From Rhizodiscina lignyota (Eukaryota): a DNA stretch of 64,000 nt. This document shows, in pieces, positions 58,896 through 64,000 of the stretch. The translations under genes were made by a program, and so were the position numbers. The notes beneath the pieces are model-generated. The model ran no database searches, was not told the DNA's origin, and worked only from the letters and a program-made list of their open reading frames with translations. Every line of letters starts with the position of its first letter. Within the stretch, counting starts at the first letter, position 1. The stretch is from NCBI GenBank assembly GCA_010015805.1, contig ML978124.1, positions 1,488,001-1,552,000 of the forward strand, read 5' to 3'.

Positions 58896-60844
58896 CTACT
58901 TGTTACCCGTCTGCGCTGGACCGGCACCAGACTTCATCCAAGAGAATGCCGAGGCTCCACCAAGTGGATTATTCGAACGCGGCTTTCCATTCCCAGTCCC
59001 ACCATTCTCCTTCTCCTTCGTCGTTCCACTCGAGCCTGTACCAGCACCGGGCCGAGACTCGCTTGACACTGCACGCCGAAGAACTTGCGGATCTGCCATG
59101 TCTCCGGCGTTACTGGATCGTCGCCTACCATCGTCAAAGAAGCGAGATTGCGGGGCTGCGCTGGTCGTTGTCATGGGAGAGGAAGTGGATACAGAAGCGG
59201 CCTGGGTAGTTGAGGCTGTGCGTGAAGATGATTTTTGAGGCTTAAGCACCTTAATGCCTTGGTCACGGCGCTGGTATGATGAAAGGGTAGAGGTATCACC
59301 CTTGCTAGCCCTCGCCCAGTCAAGCTGACCAGGTGCCGGCTTACTCTCGGAATCGCGGCGCCAATTGCCCCAGATTGCTGGAGATGAGCCAGATCGAGTG
59401 ACTCCGATAGCGCCAGATGGAGCCGCACCAGAGTCAGTTTGCTGTTTCGCACTTGGTGCTGCTAATTCCGGGTGAGGCGAGGACGAGGTGGCGGATGCAG
59501 GAGCAGTAGAATCGTGTGAGAAATCAAAGGTGGAGGAGGTGGTTCCTGTGTCATGCCCTGCACCGGTAGGAGCGCTTGAATCTCTCTCGGCAGAGACAGT
59601 CTCGGAGGGAGCGAAGGGAGAGCGCTCGCGAAAGCTGCCGTTTGCCTGGATGGCTTGATCTTTTGCGAGTACAGATTTGGGGGACCTTTCGCTACTGGTA
59701 GTTAAGAGCGTCTTGAATGCCCGCTCATCCTCTGGGCGAACTAGCGGAATCGTAACTTTGGTCCTCTCGTCATCAAATAAGGTCATGCGGTTCGATGAGA
59801 AAAGAATGTCGGCACTGTGCGCACGGAGAACATCACTTCCGATGACTACCTGAATGGCTTTCGACTGCTCGCAAGTTTGTGAAGTCTCCTGCACTGTGAA
59901 CTCGACATTTATGAACGGTAACTGAGGCGCAGGACTGCCGGAGCGGGATGAGGCTGGATGAGTGATCGCCTCGGGCAGATAGACGTCGAGCTTGATCCTA
60001 CGAACGCCGCCAATGCACTCCTTAACTCGCTCTGAATATCCAAGCTGCTCGACGAGGTGACTGCTTATGGAAGAGGTGTACGAGCCAGTGCAGACAGCAG
60101 CGTACAAGAGCGAGTCGTGCTTGAATTTAGTAGTCAGCCAACAACGGATGATGCAAGGTACGGAGCCTAAGAGGAAAAGGCCGGGAGCAAGACCTGGTAA
60201 GTCTGTAGATGACGCGTTTGACAGACCGAATGTCGTATCTATGCCTAAGCTGTTTGCTCTGCCAGATGCCATTGAAAGTACTGAGTGGCCTGCAGAACTC
60301 TGTCGACCATCTGACTTGTGTGAATAAGTGCGCTCAATCATTGGATGAGCGCCACTGAGTCCACTACCAGTTCGAGGAATGAGGTCAATTGAAGTACGCG
60401 ATGCGTGAGACCAATGGCCTTGGTTCGCAGACTCGTCGAAGCGTACACTGTTTGCTCGCGAGGTAGCTCCAATCCTGCGCGGCTCCTCATCGGCATCCAG
60501 GTGGAGGCTTCCGATCAAATTCGTCTGCTGGTCGTCGAAGCCTGTGAAAGCGTCCACTGGTGGCTGACTCAATGGGGCTGATGGAATCGGAGGATTAGCT
60601 GTTTGAGCATAAGGAGGCTTCTCCTGGAGCTATACCCACCTTGCTGAGGAGTACCACTCAAAACACCCGGAAACGGTGATGAAGTACCCCACACAGATTT
60701 CATCCTAGCATCTTCTTCTTGTCGCCGTTCCAGGCGTTGCAGGCGCTCGGCATGATCGGCTTGAACCTGTTGTACACGGAGCATCTCGGTCTGCCAGCGC
60801 CAGATGTCGTCTCGAGGGGTGAAGGCAATGCTCTGAGGATCCAT
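58896..60844 (-). CDS. Conserved fungal hypothetical protein with an N-terminal coiled coil and a retropepsin-like central domain
   Basis: Exon 1 (60640-60844) and exon 2 joined by intron 60578-60639. Motifs LLYAAVCTGS and VVIGSDVL, with disordered Ser-rich flanks. Confidence 0.82.
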
Positions 60845-61711
60845 CTCAGGTCCTCATAGTATGCGGTAGGACACTTGAGGCTGGATAGGTGTGCTCTCCA
60901 CAAGCACTTCAATCCCCAGCACTCGCGGCTCCCTTCTTCTCTGCTCACCACTTCACCCACCGACTCCAGAGCCCAGGTGGGCCACGTTGATCCAATCAAA
61001 ACAAATTGTGGGGATGCCTTGTTATTACAGTTCGCGCCTTCGCCGCTATCTTTGCATTCAGCGTGATATAGGAGGTCAACGGAGGGTTTCGAGGAAGGAC
61101 TGGTCCGATATCGAGTTGTGGCAAGGAATGTAGATCTGCTTGGTGAGAGTTTGAAGAAAGCTGGCTAGAGAGTCGCCTCCTACGATGGCTCGTGGACGTT
61201 TGAGCTTTGGTCGTGCGGCAGCGCGCTTAGAAGATGAGGTGTTTTCTTCGTACTTATGACGCGCTGCGGAGCGGTCTGTAGCGGTGGACAGTGATATGGA
61301 AAGGGAAGGGATCGGTGAAGGGTCAAACACTTCGAGCGGTCGCAGCTGAGGAGGCGGGTGGTAGTTGCAGGAAACGCGCACGAGGCAGCAGAGGATATCG
61401 TAAATTCGGTCACGCAGGTGTCACGATAACTTAATGTCAGGCAGCCGGCTCTCACATGCATGCAATTAACGTCAGTACGGCGAAGCCGCGCGCTTGCACG
61501 ATAATTTCCCGATGAAGCACCACACCCAAACGGGTATGGCGTGGTATATAGGTGAGCCAAAAGCAAGCCTCATTTGTAGATCTATTGCTCCGTACCCACG
61601 CCAAAGCACCTACTCCAGAGACTGAACCTGAGCCAGTTTGATTTCTAACAAATCTATGGACTCCCAAAGCCAGACACCCGAAACCTTTTGTCACCTATGT
61701 CAAAGCCGCAT

Positions 61712-62718
61712 TCAAACTTCATCAGCAGTGAAAGCGTTCCAGCCATCCCGATCGTTCCAATTGGGCAAGACGTTTGGCAATCTGCTCGGAACTTGATCAG
61801 GCCACACGCGTCGTATAAGCTCCATCATGCCCTCATGCAACACCTTGTAGCCTGCAGGTGATAAGTGTAGACCTATGATAGAGTATCAGTCACACATCTT
61901 TAGTGTATGGGGGATGAGGGAGGACAACCATCTCGTAGCATTTGGATCAGAATCGGGTTCTCAGGCGCGATCCGAGAGCCAGGAAGCGGGTCGTCGTCAG
62001 GTTTCCAACCCGCCTTGAGCATGATGAGTCTCCACAGGTCCAGAACCGGGATGTTGAGGTCCTTGCCGACCTCACGGGCTGCATCTGCATATTCTTTCGT
62101 GTGCTCCGCAGATCGACGAGCTATCGTGTAGCCCTTCGCTTGGTCGGTTATCCAAGTCTGGTACTCGTTGACTGGTGGGGGAGTGATGATAATTAAACGC
62201 GCATTGTGCGCCTTGACAAGGGGATGAGTGAAGATTTTGATGAGATTTCCGGTATACTGCGGGATTGGGACGCTTTGGTTGTTCTGATCAGTGGGCCAGC
62301 ACGCATCATTCGCTCCGTAGAATACCGCCTGCGAAATGATCAGGAGTCTGAAGTAGATCGGATGTTACGCTAGAATGAGGTTCCTGCTCTTACCATGAAG
62401 CGTAGCTTCTCGTACTCCGGATTTGGCACAACCCGCTCAAGAACCTTGAGTGCTTGATCCGTGTTGTACCCGCTGTAATATTTAAACATATTAGCCCCCA
62501 AACGCAAGGACGGGGCGATTTAGAAAGTACCTCATGCCCCTGTTCAATACCTCGAGTTTGCGAACGTAGGCTTTAATCGTCAGTAGTCGACCTTGTGATG
62601 CGGTTGAAATCGTCATACCTCCCCTCAGAGCAGCAGCCCAAGCAAATCCGCGGTCTTGACCGTCGGCATCCTGAGTGATGGAGTCGCCAAACAAGAGAAA
62701 CTTCTCATAGAGTGACAT
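61712..62718 (-). CDS. IAH1: SGNH/GDSL esterase, isoamyl acetate-hydrolysing esterase-like
   Basis: Block I LFGDSITQ, block II NRGM|SGYNT, block III FYGANDA, IITPPP and block V RD|GLHLS. Four introns. Confidence 0.9.
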
Positions 62719-63572
62719 TGACTGGGCAAAGCGTCAGAACTTGAAGTCATTACCGTCATTGAAACGTACCATGTTGAACGAGGGACTTGAAGCAATGAAA
62801 AATGGAAGAACGGCTTATTAAATCTTCACTGAGCAGAGAAGTGCTTCATGAAGACTGTGGCAGTTCCGCCGGGGTCACTGAAGAGGAGCAACAATTCTCC
62901 AGTTGAGTTCACCGCTAAAAATGTGGTTGGCGGCTGCGATGGTTCACCACGAAGCCTGTTGAATCATAAACCCAGTGACGAAAGGAGCAACGCAGCTCAG
63001 GGCGGCACTTTCGACGTGCGTGAAATTGACGATTCCAGAAACGGATGATTTCTCGTTGGAGGTGTGCATCAAGGGTCCAGTGTGTTCGCTGCGGCTCTTA
63101 CCGCACATGCATGTGCTTGCACCCGGGCAAGCGGGCCTAAGGAGCGCTTCGGCTGGCGCGCTAGGTTTGAGGTCATCTGCAAGGGATCGGGTGTAAGCCC
63201 GTTGACGTATTTGGCCTGCAACATACATATCAAGGCCCACTGACAAGTCATCCGGCTCAAGTCACGATCTCGTCCGAAGTTGATGTGGTTGCTGCGCTTG
63301 CTGCTCCTCTCAGTCTCGAGGCCAAAAGGCCAAGTCTTCCTTTCTTCACTCCGCAACGGAACAATGCTCGTGGCAGGCAGCTGTCTCCGTCCCATCAGCT
63401 GAACACTCCCCGACAGCTACCCCCGAAGCTCATTGAAATACTCCCCCGCGGGGTATAGAAATTTAGGAGTATGCAGCATTGCTCTTTGAAGCACCTCACC
63501 CGACAAAGTGTAATACTTGCTGATATCGTTTTCAGATGTTACAGAGTTCTGTTACATGTACATACGAGAACA

Positions 63573-64000
63573 ATGCCGCGATCCATATCTTCCTACTTCG
63601 ACGGCGTGGGCAGAGAAAGCCGGGATGGCGACGACGATGATGCAGATGGCCTTGACATTAACTTTAACCGCGCGAGGACCGCTCCACAATCTCCTGCTCT
63701 TTCACGCGTGCATAGGACAAGGTCGAGCGAAGCCGACTTCACACAACATAACCCTACTCGAGTCCAAACCGTAGATGAGACCTCGAGCTTGCTTGGGAAT
63801 AGAGATAGCATGATGCACTCGTACACCAGCATACCCGGCACACCGAGGCCATTTCAATATCGGCAGAGGAGCTACAGGGCACCCGGTAGCTTCAAGGCAC
63901 CTAGGAATCATAGCAGACGCGGATCATGGAGCATGCGGCTTGTCAATGCTTTGGACGAAGAACAGCGAGGGGCAACTGGTAGGCACTTTCACCCTTGATG
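63573..64000 (+). CDS. First exon of a gene running off the window; possibly a CLC-family chloride channel N-terminus
   Basis: ATG 63573 (MPRSISSYFD...DETSSLL...NHSRRGSWSMRLVNAL), then a probable GT donor near 63979. The family call rests only on recalled similarity, and no TM domain is in the window. Confidence 0.45.

Noticed and set aside
1..64000. Secondary-metabolite cluster, intact transposon or Starship-type element
   Set aside because: No PKS/NRPS/terpene synthase, transposase, reverse transcriptase or tyrosine recombinase motifs, and no LTRs or TIRs seen.

Overview
Gene-dense, intron-containing nuclear DNA from a filamentous ascomycete (Pezizomycotina; a Dothideomycete-like origin is only my impression). 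Introns are short GT-AG types (mostly 50-100 nt) with CTRAC/CTAAC branch sites. About 26 protein-coding genes are supported. Recognisable conserved genes: DRS2 flippase (5' end outside the window), an RRM-RGG-RRM protein, TAH18/NDOR1, a RING protein, a NUDT14-like Nudix hydrolase, SFC1, an SLC35F transporter, PSY2, ITC1, SGF73, VMS1, an isochorismatase-family hydrolase, a secreted aspartic protease, SNX41/ATG20, CSN6, an NPY1/NudC-like enzyme, a polyol dehydrogenase, IAH1 and the start of a probable CLC channel. Several uncharacterised proteins lie between them. I see no CRISPR array, intact transposon, rRNA or convincing intact tRNA, and no clearly new multi-gene system. The best leads are: a retropepsin-like domain with Cys in place of the catalytic Asp (58.9-60.8 kb); a diverged intronless NudC copy without a PTS1, next to an NAD-type polyol dehydrogenase and a RIP-like scar; a perfect CSRE upstream of SFC1; a GC-AG intron and micro-exons in ITC1; a gene whose spliced and unspliced forms both read through; a degenerate tRNA/SINE-like element; and a direct-plus-inverted TGACG repeat array. 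Exon boundaries were read by eye and may be off by a few bases.
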